Assembly: GCA_963771465.1 (NCBI GenBank)
Contig: CAVYTU010000014.1
Location: forward strand, 576,001-640,000
DNA length: 64,000 nt
DNA from: an uncultured delta proteobacterium
GTDB taxonomy: Bacteria > Desulfobacterota > Binatia > UBA9968
Direction of reading: 5' to 3'
This document shows, piece by piece, positions 20,601 to 30,646 of this stretch. Made by a program: the position numbers and the translations under genes. The notes under the pieces were generated by a model. It was not told the DNA's origin. It searched no databases and saw only the letters and a list, made by a program, of their open reading frames with translations. Each line of letters opens with the position of its first letter. Positions within the stretch are counted from its first letter, which is position 1.

Positions 20601-21944
20601 ATGCCTGACATTTGGAATGAAGCCCTTGGGCAAATAAAAGAGCGGATTGGTAAGCAAAACTTTGACACGTGGATCAAGCCTACTTGTTTTGCCCTTCGAA
20701 GCAAGAACGAGATCGTTCTCGAAGTCCCCAATAAATTTTTTCGTGATTGGCTGACCGAACATTATCTCGCAGATATTGAAACTGTGCTGACGTCGATCAG
20801 CAAGAATGATCTGGTTGTGACTTTTGAGATCAATCCCAAGCTCGAACAACAATCACCGACGGCGAAAATGGCAAAAAAACCGGACAAAGAGCCTGATCGT
20901 CCGGCGCAAACCAGCCATAGCCTTATCACGAAGTATACCTTCGAAAACTTCGTTATAGGTGCTAGCAACCAATTTGCCCATGCGGCTTGCATGGCGGTCG
21001 CAAATCAACCGGGTGAACATTACAATCCACTATTTATTTACGGCGGCGTCGGTCTCGGCAAGACCCATTTGGTCAACGCCATCGGTCATCGCGCGGTGGC
21101 GCAACGATCAAATCTGAAAATCGTTTATCTTAGTTCCGAATCGTTCATGAACGAGCTCATCGCGTCGCTTCGGCGCGATAAAATGGACGAATTCAAGAAA
21201 AAGTTTCGTAACGTCGACGTGCTCCTCGTCGACGATGTGCAATTCATCGCCGGCAAGGAAAGAACCCAAGAAGAGTTTTTTCATACATTTAACTCACTTT
21301 ACGAATCACATAAGCAAATCGTCATCACCTCGGATAAATTTCCCAAGGAGATTCCCGGTCTCGAGGATCGCTTGCGCAACCGATTCGAATGGGGCTTGAT
21401 CGCCGATATCCAGAGCCCTGATATGGAAACTCGGGTAGCAATCCTGCAGAAAAAGGCTGAAATTGAAGGCGTGCAGCTACCCCATGACGTGGCGATTTTC
21501 CTAGCCTCGAACATCGACTCCAACGTGCGCGAGCTGGAAGGATCGCTTACTCGCCTCGGCGCTTTTTCTTCCTTGACCAAGACTGCGATCACGGTCGAAT
21601 TCGCCAAAGAAGTTTTGCGTCAGAACCTAAAGAGCGCGGAAAGAGACGTCACCGTCGAAGGTATTCAGAAAACGATTTGCGAATATTTCAATATCAAGAT
21701 GGGCGATCTTAAAGCAAAAAGACGAACTCAGAACATCGCATTGCCACGCCAAGTCGCCATGTATCTCTGCCGAAAACACACCGAAACATCTTTTCCTGGC
21801 ATCGGTGATAAGTTTGGCGGCCGCGATCACTCCACCGTTATCCACGCCTCGAAGACAATTGAACGCAAAATAAAGGAAGATCCGCACATGCTCACCACAA
21901 TCGAAAAACTCGAAAGAAACTTAAACCTCAGGAAAAAGCTGTGA
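20601..21944 (+). CDS. dnaA: Chromosomal replication initiator DnaA
   Basis: YTFENFV, YNPLFIYGGVGLGKTHL, DDVQF, QEEFFHTFN, RELEG, FGGRDHSTV. Confidence 0.99.
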   Translation: MPDIWNEALGQIKERIGKQNFDTWIKPTCFALRSKNEIVLEVPNKFFRDWLTEHYLADIETVLTSISKNDLVVTFEINPKLEQQSPTAKMAKKPDKEPDRPAQTSHSLITKYTFENFVIGASNQFAHAACMAVANQPGEHYNPLFIYGGVGLGKTHLVNAIGHRAVAQRSNLKIVYLSSESFMNELIASLRRDKMDEFKKKFRNVDVLLVDDVQFIAGKERTQEEFFHTFNSLYESHKQIVITSDKFPKEIPGLEDRLRNRFEWGLIADIQSPDMETRVAILQKKAEIEGVQLPHDVAIFLASNIDSNVRELEGSLTRLGAFSSLTKTAITVEFAKEVLRQNLKSAERDVTVEGIQKTICEYFNIKMGDLKAKRRTQNIALPRQVAMYLCRKHTETSFPGIGDKFGGRDHSTVIHASKTIERKIKEDPHMLTTIEKLERNLNLRKKL

Positions 21945-22140
21945 ATAAGCTGTGGCTAACCGGCAAGTTTATTGTTGAGGTCTGTGGGCTAAACGTGTTG
22001 TCCGGTATCGCTCAGTGAACAGCAGAAGTAGCGATTGAAATAAACCACAAGCTACCCCGCCGATAATTATAGACAAACGCGTTTGTCTACCTTGTGCACA
22101 GCCCCTACTATTACTCCTAATTTTTATATATATAGAAAGA
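21940..22140. other. Replication origin oriC (dnaA-dnaN intergenic) with basal unwinding system
   Basis: DnaA boxes TGTGAATAA (21940), TGTGGCTAA (21951), TTATAGACA (22067), TTGTGCACA (22092), then GCCCC, DnaA-trio run TACTATTACTCCTA (22106) and an AT-rich tract. Confidence 0.85.
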
Positions 22141-22163
22141 AACAGAAGAGGTAGGGAGGAAGT

Positions 22164-23270
22164 ATGGAAATTAAAGCTAAGCGGGGAGATCTTCTCGCAA
22201 CGCTTTATTGGACACAAAGTATCGTGGAACGGCGCAATACTATGCCGATTCTTGCCAACGTCCTAATCGAAGCGCAAAGAGGCGATATTCGCCTCACAGC
22301 CACCGACTTAGAGGTGGGAGTAAGAGGACAAGTCGAGGGTGAGGTTGTTAAAGAGGGAACGATTACGGTCAGCGCCAAGAAGCTTTACGAGATCGTTCGT
22401 GAGGTACCCAACGATCAGGTTCAAATAAAACGGTTGGAAAATGATTGGGTGGAAATTCGTAGTGGCAAGTCGGTTTTTAAGATCGTCGGTATGGACGCCA
22501 AAGAGTTTCCCCAATTTCCGAAGTTCGATAGCAAGGGTTTGTCGAGTATGCCAGCTTCGACAATCCGGGAAATGATCGAGCGCACGATTTTCTCAGTTTC
22601 AACCGACGAGACTCGTTATAGCTTAAACGGGGTATATATCGAACAAAACGAAGGCGGAAAAGTAAGAATGGTGGCCACGGACGGTCATCGGCTGGCTTTT
22701 GAAGAGAAAGATGTTGGCGCGTTAGGCTTGACCAAGGGCGTGATCCTGCCACGTAAAGGTTTGTCTGAGCTCAAGAAATTATTGGAGAACGGCGAGGATG
22801 GCGTTGTCTCGCTGGGCTTCAAGGAGACCATGGGGCTGGTCATCAAGGATAAAGTTGAACTGTTCATGCGTTTGATTGACGGCGACTTTCCGGACTATAC
22901 AAAGGTAATTCCCAAAGGGAACCCCAATATCGCCAAACTTGATCATGACGAGTTGCTCCAGGCGTTGCGTCGCGTGTCGATTCTTTCCAGCGAACGTTAC
23001 AAGGGCGTGCGGATGGAATTTTCCGACAGCAAGGTTTCGATTTCGGCGAATAATCCGGATTTAGGCGAGGCGGTCGAAGATATTGAAGCCGAGTATAAGG
23101 GAAAAGCGATATCGATCGGTTTCAACGCCCGTTACATGATCGATGTTTTGGGCGTTCTCACGGGTGACGGCGAGATTGATATCGAGCTGAAGGATGAACT
23201 AAGCCCCAGCGTGATTCGTAAAAACGGCGTTGACGATTATCTTTATGTGCTGATGCCGATGAGATTGTAA
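22164..23270 (+). CDS. dnaN: DNA polymerase III beta sliding clamp
   Basis: PILANVL, TATDLE, VATDGHRLA, LIDGDFPDY, GFNARY, terminal LMPMRL. Confidence 0.98.
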   Translation: MEIKAKRGDLLATLYWTQSIVERRNTMPILANVLIEAQRGDIRLTATDLEVGVRGQVEGEVVKEGTITVSAKKLYEIVREVPNDQVQIKRLENDWVEIRSGKSVFKIVGMDAKEFPQFPKFDSKGLSSMPASTIREMIERTIFSVSTDETRYSLNGVYIEQNEGGKVRMVATDGHRLAFEEKDVGALGLTKGVILPRKGLSELKKLLENGEDGVVSLGFKETMGLVIKDKVELFMRLIDGDFPDYTKVIPKGNPNIAKLDHDELLQALRRVSILSSERYKGVRMEFSDSKVSISANNPDLGEAVEDIEAEYKGKAISIGFNARYMIDVLGVLTGDGEIDIELKDELSPSVIRKNGVDDYLYVLMPMRL

Positions 23271-23310
23271 CGGTTGACGAGAAAACAGCCAGAGCTATTT
23301 CGGAAAAACA

Positions 23311-24174
23311 CTAATTCTTGTATTTTGCATCGAGAGCGTATTTTTCGTTTAGACCGACGATAGCGTTAAAATCATCGAAGGCCATCAGCTGGTCGAGAAT
23401 ACCCAAAGTCGAGCCATCGCGGCGCAGCGTCGTGTATACATCGGTTAGCGACTTGGCAACCGAGTAAAGGGGCGCCAGTGGCCAAACGATTAGATCGAAG
23501 CCGAGTTCTTTCAATTCTTTCGGTGCCATCAGGGGCGTAACGCCGCGTTCGAGCATATTCGCAACCAGCGGCCCTGGTACCTGTTTGGAAATCTCCCTCA
23601 TTTCTTCCTTGGATTCAGGGGCTTCGATAAACACCGCGTCGGCCCCAGCCGCTTTGAATGCGAGCCCACGTTTGATCGCTTCGCTCAGTCCCAAAGCCTG
23701 CCGTGAGTCAGTGCGCGCGACGATGAAAAAATCATTATTACCTTTGGCTTCTACGGCGGCGCCAATTTTTTTTAACTGCTCGTCCAGGGGAATGACTTGT
23801 TTTCCCTTCATATGGCCACAGCGTTTGGGCCACACTTGATCTTCGAGGAACATCCCGCCGGCACCAGCGCGGATCAAATCTTGCACGGTGCGCATGACGT
23901 TAATCGCGTTGCCGTAACCCGTGTCGGCATCGACGATCACTGGTGGGTCAACCACTGAGCAGATTCGCTGCGCGGCACTCACGACTTCGGTTTGTGTTAG
24001 CAAACCAAAATCAGGTTCGCCCAATAAGGTTGCCGACAGGCTATAGCCGGTAATAAAGATAACTTCAAAGCCGGCGCGAGCGGCGATTTTTGCGCTGAGC
24101 GCATCATAAACGCCGGGCATGATCAGCTGACCATGTTGAGCTAATGCTTGACGGATTAGTTGCGCTTTTACCAT
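23311..24174 (-). CDS. Isocitrate lyase/PEP mutase family enzyme (PrpB/CPEP mutase-like)
   Basis: PGVYDALSA, DADTGYG, EDQVWPKRCGH, ARTD, GADAVFIEA. Confidence 0.9.
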   Translation of the reverse strand: MVKAQLIRQALAQHGQLIMPGVYDALSAKIAARAGFEVIFITGYSLSATLLGEPDFGLLTQTEVVSAAQRICSVVDPPVIVDADTGYGNAINVMRTVQDLIRAGAGGMFLEDQVWPKRCGHMKGKQVIPLDEQLKKIGAAVEAKGNNDFFIVARTDSRQALGLSEAIKRGLAFKAAGADAVFIEAPESKEEMREISKQVPGPLVANMLERGVTPLMAPKELKELGFDLIVWPLAPLYSVAKSLTDVYTTLRRDGSTLGILDQLMAFDDFNAIVGLNEKYALDAKYKN

Positions 24175-24234
24175 AACGGCAATGACAATCTCATGTCAAA
24201 ACTTGCCAGATTGACTAACTACCTAATCAGAAAC

Positions 24235-24600
24235 TCACCGCCGCGGCCCGCCGCGACCGAAACCGCGCGGTGCCATGGGCTCCAGTTTTGGCGATAAGCG
24301 CAAAAGCTTTGCTGACTTCAATCCGAGCACATCGGCGCCATAACGCGACTTGTCTAGATGCTCGCTACGGGCTTTGATTTTTTGACGAATTTGATGGCGC
24401 TTAATCATGTCGGCCTTAGCCGCTTTGAGATCTTGGAGGTCGAGCATGACGTCGCCTTCGTGGTTACGGAGTTTTACATGAACGGTAAACCTTGTCCCTT
24501 CGCCCTCTTTTGCCGAAAAGTCGATTCTCTTGTCTACGCTACGAATGATATCGCGCAACAAGTTTTCTTCCTCTTGAAAAACGCCTTTGCCAAACATCAT
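24235..24600 (-). CDS. Hypothetical basic protein with RGG tail
   Basis: AAGGAGGG next to the start; ~121 aa; ends PRGFGRGGPRR. Confidence 0.7.
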   Translation of the reverse strand: MMFGKGVFQEEENLLRDIIRSVDKRIDFSAKEGEGTRFTVHVKLRNHEGDVMLDLQDLKAAKADMIKRHQIRQKIKARSEHLDKSRYGADVLGLKSAKLLRLSPKLEPMAPRGFGRGGPRR

Positions 24601-24760
24601 CCCTCCTTGCCGTGAGCTGCGGCACATTCTTTAGGTATCGGAAATTTACGCCATTCAATAATGAAGATCAATCTGGAAAAACTCGAAGACGAGCCATCCA
24701 GACGTGACCGCGCCGCGCTGGTTCCGAGACTGACGCTAGCAAGCATCGCGGTTTTCATAA

Positions 24761-25726
24761 CTACGAGTGCGCCTCCGTATTAATGAATAGTTCGTCGAGA
24801 GCGATTTTCCGCCCAATCAGCCCCTGTTCCTGGGAATACTGCATCAAGGTATTGAGCGCCTGCCGATTGACCTCGCCGAGTCCGTAAACCCAAGGATCGG
24901 AGCCGAGCACTTCTTCCTGTTCTTCTAAGAATGAGCGGAACCAGGCGAGCGGCACGATGCGCGGGTTTTCCATGCGCTTGTACGCCGCTATTTTCGACGC
25001 TTCCAGGGCTTGATACAAATTGATCGGCACCCAGGGATACTTGTCGACGATCTCCTGCTTGATCGCGGTCGTGTGCATGATCGGGAAAATACCGGTGCGT
25101 TTGAAGTAATCCATTTCCAAGTCGCGATAATTGGGAAACAGCCGGGCGACGCGGGTATCCTTTTTAAGAATCGGCTCAATGATTTCCGGGTGAATCAGCG
25201 CGTCGATCTCGCCATCGACCAGCATTTTTTCAATGCTATTACCAGCTGGGATGCGCTGGATTTTCAAATCCGCGGGCGGCGTCCAGTCGACTTCTTCATC
25301 GTCTTGCTTGAGCCAATGCAAGCTTCGATGGGGCACGCCGTGCTCGTGTTCCAAGATGCCGCGAATCCATAGATTCGCCGTCGCTTGAAAATTACGCAGG
25401 CCGACTTTGCGGCCGATTAGGTCCGACGGTTTGGTAATGCCTTTGCTGGTGTTTAAAAAAACAAAACCGTGACGAAAACGGCGGTGCAGAAAAACCGGAA
25501 TCGCCACGAAGGGCAAGCCGGTGTATTTCGCCATCAGATAATTCGACATCGACAGTTCGGCGCAGTCGAACTCGCGATTGCGCAGCATGCGCCAGTGGCG
25601 AGTGTCAGACGTCATGTCGGTGATCACGGTGAGCTCGATGCCGTCCGCTTTCACCGTGCCTTCTTTCAATGCACGAATGCTTTCATAATCGCCGACCGCC
25701 AAGGTGAGATGAATTTTTTTGCTCAT
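24761..25726 (-). CDS. 4,5-dihydroxyphthalate decarboxylase-like protein (SBP fold, no signal peptide)
   Basis: LTLAVGDY..., EFDCAELSMS, PVFLHRRFRH, WIRGIL, GIFPIMH, DPWVYG. Confidence 0.8.
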   Translation of the reverse strand: MSKKIHLTLAVGDYESIRALKEGTVKADGIELTVITDMTSDTRHWRMLRNREFDCAELSMSNYLMAKYTGLPFVAIPVFLHRRFRHGFVFLNTSKGITKPSDLIGRKVGLRNFQATANLWIRGILEHEHGVPHRSLHWLKQDDEEVDWTPPADLKIQRIPAGNSIEKMLVDGEIDALIHPEIIEPILKKDTRVARLFPNYRDLEMDYFKRTGIFPIMHTTAIKQEIVDKYPWVPINLYQALEASKIAAYKRMENPRIVPLAWFRSFLEEQEEVLGSDPWVYGLGEVNRQALNTLMQYSQEQGLIGRKIALDELFINTEAHS

Positions 25727-25823
25727 GGGGCCGTATCTAGCATGCTTGCCACGTCATGCCAAACGGTTGAATTCGCAGCGCGAATTGTTACCTTTGAACG
25801 ACTTTCAAGCCGGAGGATAGACC

Positions 25824-26807
25824 ATGCAATGGACCTTTGCGAAAATCGCCGTGACCCTCGTTACGCTTCTACTGTCAGCGCAGACATGGGCGCAGGCGCC
25901 AGTGCGAATCAATTGGACCGCCGTCACTGGCGCGCAAAGCGGCATGTTCATGGCGCAGCAAGAAGGATTGTTCAAGAAAAACGGCTTGGACGTCGAGTTG
26001 CTGCATATCTCTTCGAGCTCGCGCGGCATCCAGGCGATTCTCGCTGGCGAGCTCGCATTCTCGTATATGGACGGATCAAACCTAACCCAAGCGAATCTGA
26101 AGGGCGCTAACATCGCTTTAGTCGCTGGCGCCACCAACCGGCAGGTTTTTTCCCTGATGTCGAAACCAGAAATCAAACGAGTCGCCGATTTGAGAGGGAA
26201 AAAGATCGGCATTACCCGTATCGGCTCTTCAACGCACACCTCGGCGCTCTACGCGCTAAACTCTGCCGGGCTGAAGCAAAATGACTATCAAATACTGCCG
26301 CTGGTAGAAGTGCCGAATATCTTGACCGCGTTGATCGCCGGTCAGGTGGATGCCGGCGTGGTTTCGCCGCCGACGAATAGCCGCGCGCGCAAAGCCGGCT
26401 TAAATGAACTGATGAATCTCGCTAAAGAGGGACCGGAGTTCGTCTCCGTGGCGATCGGCGCGAGCCGCAGCTATATCAAAGCCAATGAAGACATCGTCCG
26501 GCGAGTCGTGCGCGCCTATGCCGAAGGCGTACAGATTTTTAAGAACAACAAGCCGGCGGCGCAGCGGATGATGCAGAAATATCTGCGAGTGAAGGAGCAA
26601 GATATTTTGGACGACGCCTACAATCAGTTCCGCGAGTATCTGGAATACCCGCCCTATGTCACGCGGAAGGCGATCGAAAATGTCATCGCCGACGTCGCCA
26701 CCACTGACCCAACAGCGAAGAATGCTAAGCCGGAAGATTTTATGGACATGCGTTTCGTCGCGGAGTTGGAGAAGCAGGGATTTTTTAAAGCCACAAGCGG
26801 GAAATGA
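25824..26807 (+). CDS. ABC-type substrate-binding protein (SsuA/THI5-like)
   Basis: Signal peptide TWA-Q; EGLFKKNGLDVEL, DLRGKKIGITRIGS, terminal DMRFVAELEK. Confidence 0.85.
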   Translation: MQWTFAKIAVTLVTLLLSAQTWAQAPVRINWTAVTGAQSGMFMAQQEGLFKKNGLDVELLHISSSSRGIQAILAGELAFSYMDGSNLTQANLKGANIALVAGATNRQVFSLMSKPEIKRVADLRGKKIGITRIGSSTHTSALYALNSAGLKQNDYQILPLVEVPNILTALIAGQVDAGVVSPPTNSRARKAGLNELMNLAKEGPEFVSVAIGASRSYIKANEDIVRRVVRAYAEGVQIFKNNKPAAQRMMQKYLRVKEQDILDDAYNQFREYLEYPPYVTRKAIENVIADVATTDPTAKNAKPEDFMDMRFVAELEKQGFFKATSGK

Positions 26808-26868
26808 GTCAGCGGGTGGTATTAGCCCTTACGTAAATACTTTGCGCTCCGCGAAATTGCCGCCGCTA

Positions 26869-27579
26869 TCAATTCGACTTGCGAAACTTTTTCGCGCGGC
26901 GGACGAAATACTCCCACATCGATTCCAACCGGTGCGGCGTGTAGATCTGCTCGTACTTGATGGCGGCTTCGGCATCGCTGGTCCAGGAGGGATCGCCCGA
27001 TGCGGTGGCCATGAGCTGAATGCGCGCCGCTTTTTCTAAGAAAATTGCATACAGGGTGGCGACTTCGATGGATTCACCCACCACCGTCGAACCGTGATTT
27101 TTCATCAGCACGCCGCGGTATTTGCCCAGGCTTTTGGCGACTTCGACACCCAATTCCTGGGTGCGAATGAGCGCTGTCGTGTAGTCGAAAGTCGGCAGCC
27201 CTTCGTAGAAAATATTCCCTTCGTGGCTGATCGGGCGCAGTTTTTGACCTAAAGCGCCAAAAGCCGTCGCATAGGGAGGATGCGAGTGCACTACGCAGTT
27301 CACATCCTTGCGAGCTTTCATAATCTCGGTGTGTATGAAGACTTCGGAATGGCGTTCGTATTTACCGTCTGTCTTTTTACCCGTCGCGATATCGACCACG
27401 ATGATATGCTGCGGGCGGATTTCTTCGAAACCGAAGCTATGCGGCTTCATGAGGATCTTGTTCTGCCCCGGAACTCGCACCGAAACATGGCCGAGGATGT
27501 TGTCCCAGTGACCTTCGTGAGCGAGTATGTTGCACGAATAAGCGAGATTTTCTTTGAGCTCTTTGATGCTGGCGGCCAT
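26869..27579 (-). CDS. Class II aldolase/adducin family protein (decarboxylase-like subgroup)
   Basis: GHVSVR, E.FIHTEI, VHSHP and MKNHG Zn ligands. Confidence 0.88.
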   Translation of the reverse strand: MAASIKELKENLAYSCNILAHEGHWDNILGHVSVRVPGQNKILMKPHSFGFEEIRPQHIIVVDIATGKKTDGKYERHSEVFIHTEIMKARKDVNCVVHSHPPYATAFGALGQKLRPISHEGNIFYEGLPTFDYTTALIRTQELGVEVAKSLGKYRGVLMKNHGSTVVGESIEVATLYAIFLEKAARIQLMATASGDPSWTSDAEAAIKYEQIYTPHRLESMWEYFVRRAKKFRKSN

Positions 27580-27601
27580 TTTAACTCCGGTTCTTTGATC
27601 C

Positions 27602-29152
27602 TCAGTTATTGTTAGCTCGCAGTCGGAATCTTTGGATCTTGCCCGTTACCGTTTTCGGCAGGTCATCGACGAATTCGACCCAGCGGGGATATTTGTACGG
27701 TTGCAGTTTACTCTTGACGTGACTTTGTAACTCGACTTTGAGCTCATCACTGGCTTTGTATTCGCTCTTGAGCAGAATATAGGCTTTCGGCTTGAGCAAA
27801 CCGTCGGCGTCTTCCTCAGCCACCACGCCGGATTCCAGCACTGCCGGGTGTTCCATTAAAGTGTTTTCAATTTCAATAGGGGAAACCCACAGGCCGCCGA
27901 CTTTCATCATGTCGTCGGAGCGACCGCAGTACCAGTAGTAGCCTTCGGCGTCGCGATAATAAGTGTCACCGGTCTTAAGCCACTCGCCTTGCATCATTCT
28001 TTTGGTTTGCTCGTGCTTGTTCCAATAATACGGCGCGGTGGCGTCGCCTTTGACCATCAAACTGCCGACTTCACCGATGGGCAATTCGCGGCCGTCGTCG
28101 TCGACGACCTTGGCTTCGAACGCCGGGGTCACTTCACCGCTGCTGCCGGCTTTCGCCCGGCCCGGGCGATTGGCGAGAAAGTCATGGGTCGCTTCGGTGG
28201 AGCCGACGACGTCGAGGAGTTCCAAACCGGTGCGCTCTTTCCATTGGTGAAACAGCGCCGGCGGCAACGGTTCGCCGGAAGAAAGGCAAATGCGCAGTGA
28301 ACTTAAGTCGTATTTCTTCTCGATCCGCAGGAAGCGGGCGAAGAGAGTCGGGACGGAGAAAAAGAAAGTCGGTTTGTACTTGTCGATGACCTGGAGAATC
28401 TTTTCCGGGTCGGGTTTTTCCGGCCACAGCACGGTCGACGCGCCGAAACGAAATGGGAAGTAGAGCGAATTACCCAAGCCGTAGGAAAAAAACATTTTCG
28501 ACGCCGAGAAGCAGAGATCGTTCTCGTTCATGTGCAACACCGGCTCGACGAACAGATCACTGATGGTGATCATGTCGTGCTGCAAATGCACGGCGCCCTT
28601 GGGATTCCCCGTGCTTCCTGAAGTGTAACCCCAGAAGCAGACATCGTCTTTCAGTGTTTTCGCCGCTTCCAGCTTATCCGAGGCTTTGGCGATTAAGTTT
28701 CCATACGATAACGCTTTGCCCTTCGGCGTGCCGACGACGATGACGTGTGTCAAAAATGGCGTCTTGTCCCAGATCTTTTCGATCTCGGGCAAGGCTGTTT
28801 CGTGGACGATGATGGCGCGGGCGCGGCTGTCGTTGATTAAGTATTCGTAATCCTTAGCGAACATCCAAGGATTGGTCGGCACGGCGACGGCGCCAATCTT
28901 GATCGCGCCGAAGAAGCTATAAGCGAATTCCGGTGAGTCGGGCAGAATTACCAGCACGCGCTGCTCGATCTCGATGCCGAGATCTTTCAGTGCATTGCCG
29001 GTTCGATTGACCTTCTCGAAAACTTCTTGGTAGGTGATCTTTTGATCTTGGTAGTAGATCGCGATCTTGCCGCCACGACCCTGTTTGATGTTTTCATCAA
29101 CGAAGGTCGTGGCGGCGTTGTAGATGTCTGGAAGGTCTACTTTCATCCGCAC
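27602..29152 (-). CDS. Benzoate-CoA ligase family aromatic acid-CoA ligase
   Basis: YTSGSTGNPKG..HLQHDM, KMFFSYGLGN, GSTE, KTGDTY, GRSDDMMKVGG.WVSP, TGKIQRF. Confidence 0.9.
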   Translation of the reverse strand: MRMKVDLPDIYNAATTFVDENIKQGRGGKIAIYYQDQKITYQEVFEKVNRTGNALKDLGIEIEQRVLVILPDSPEFAYSFFGAIKIGAVAVPTNPWMFAKDYEYLINDSRARAIIVHETALPEIEKIWDKTPFLTHVIVVGTPKGKALSYGNLIAKASDKLEAAKTLKDDVCFWGYTSGSTGNPKGAVHLQHDMITISDLFVEPVLHMNENDLCFSASKMFFSYGLGNSLYFPFRFGASTVLWPEKPDPEKILQVIDKYKPTFFFSVPTLFARFLRIEKKYDLSSLRICLSSGEPLPPALFHQWKERTGLELLDVVGSTEATHDFLANRPGRAKAGSSGEVTPAFEAKVVDDDGRELPIGEVGSLMVKGDATAPYYWNKHEQTKRMMQGEWLKTGDTYYRDAEGYYWYCGRSDDMMKVGGLWVSPIEIENTLMEHPAVLESGVVAEEDADGLLKPKAYILLKSEYKASDELKVELQSHVKSKLQPYKYPRWVEFVDDLPKTVTGKIQRFRLRANNN

Positions 29153-29176
29153 ATGTAATCTGGAATAGCCGAAGGC

Positions 29177-30646
29177 TTATTCCCCGCCGATAATTTCTCC
29201 CCCGACATCCGTGGCGATGACGACGGATTTCGAATCGGTGTAGTGCTCGATCGCTTCGTCGCCATGTTCTTTGCCCAGACCGCTCTGCTTGACGCCGCCG
29301 AAGGGTAGCTCGTCGTAAATAATCTGCGCCGAGTTGACCCAAGTATAACCAGCTTCGATGTTCTCCGCGCCGTACATGGCGCGGTTGATATCGCGCGTCC
29401 AGATCGACGAGCCGAGACCGAAGATTGAGCTATTGGCGTGCTCGATGGCTTGGTCCAGGGTCTTTACGCGGACGATTGGCAGCGCCGGACCGAACACTTC
29501 TTCCTGGATCATGCGCGAAGCGGGGTCGACGTCAGCGACTATGGTCGGTTGCAAGTAGTACCCTTTGTCGTACTCATCGCCTTTGGGCCGTTGGCCGCCG
29601 AAGACGAGTTTGCCACCACGTTTGACCGCGTCTTCGACCTGCTCTTCGACTTCCTGGCGCTGTTCCTTAGTATGCAATGGACCCATCAGCACACCGGCCT
29701 TGAGGCCGTTGCCGATGCTGATCTTCTTGGCTTTCTCGGCGAGCTTGACGATAAAGTCATCGGCGATGCTGTCGAACAGATAGAGCCGCTTGACCGCCAA
29801 GCAAGCTTGGCCGCAATTGAAAAAGCGGCCCACTGAGGCGGCGCTGACGGCGCGATCGATATCGGCGTCGTCGCAGACAATCATCGGATCGCTACCACCG
29901 AGTTCCAACGTCACATGCTTGAAATCCTTCGCCGCGGACTGCATGACTCGCCGGCCAGTGTCGGTGGCGCCGGTGAAGCCGATTTTTCTCACGGTTGGAT
30001 TGACGAGTAATTCCTCGCCGACCACGCTGCCGGGACCGGAGACGACATTTAATACGCCTTTCGGTCCTCCAGCGTCTTGGATCGCTTTATCGATGATCTC
30101 ACAGGTGCGCAGATCGGTAAGCGGTGTCGTGCCCGCGGGTTTAACCACCACGCAATTTCCCGCCAGCAGCGCTGGACCGAGCTTGTTGCCCATCAGTGAA
30201 ACCGGAAAATTCCACGGCACGATGGAGCCGCAAACCCCGAGCGGTTTACGCAGGACGAGACCGTGTCTCCCTGTGTCGAGCATGACCGCGCTGGTGCGCA
30301 TGGTTTTGGCCATGCCCCCGTAGTGATCGAGCGTGTGCACGAAGCGGCGGATTTCCAAAATCGACTCGCGCATTGGCTTGCCCTGTTCTTTGGTCAGCAA
30401 GGTGGCGAGCTCTTTTTCCTGTTGCAGAATCGTGTGGCCGGCGGCCAACAAAACCGCGCCGCGCTTCGATGGCGCCATGGTGGACCATTTTTTTAACGCG
30501 CCTTGGGCGGCGTCGATGGCGCGGCGGATGTCATTGATGGTGCCTTTGGGGACGCTGTCGACCAGTTCTCCGGTGGCCGGATTGCGGACTTCGGTGGTTT
30601 GGCCGCTTTCGGAATCGACCTGCTCACCGGCAATTAACATCTTCAT
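29177..30646 (-). CDS. NAD(P)-dependent aldehyde dehydrogenase
   Basis: PWNFP, FTGAT, LELGG, GQAC (catalytic Cys), EEVFGP, PFGGVKQSG; GAGGAGG RBS before 30646. Confidence 0.95.
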   Translation of the reverse strand: MKMLIAGEQVDSESGQTTEVRNPATGELVDSVPKGTINDIRRAIDAAQGALKKWSTMAPSKRGAVLLAAGHTILQQEKELATLLTKEQGKPMRESILEIRRFVHTLDHYGGMAKTMRTSAVMLDTGRHGLVLRKPLGVCGSIVPWNFPVSLMGNKLGPALLAGNCVVVKPAGTTPLTDLRTCEIIDKAIQDAGGPKGVLNVVSGPGSVVGEELLVNPTVRKIGFTGATDTGRRVMQSAAKDFKHVTLELGGSDPMIVCDDADIDRAVSAASVGRFFNCGQACLAVKRLYLFDSIADDFIVKLAEKAKKISIGNGLKAGVLMGPLHTKEQRQEVEEQVEDAVKRGGKLVFGGQRPKGDEYDKGYYLQPTIVADVDPASRMIQEEVFGPALPIVRVKTLDQAIEHANSSIFGLGSSIWTRDINRAMYGAENIEAGYTWVNSAQIIYDELPFGGVKQSGLGKEHGDEAIEHYTDSKSVVIATDVGGEIIGGE

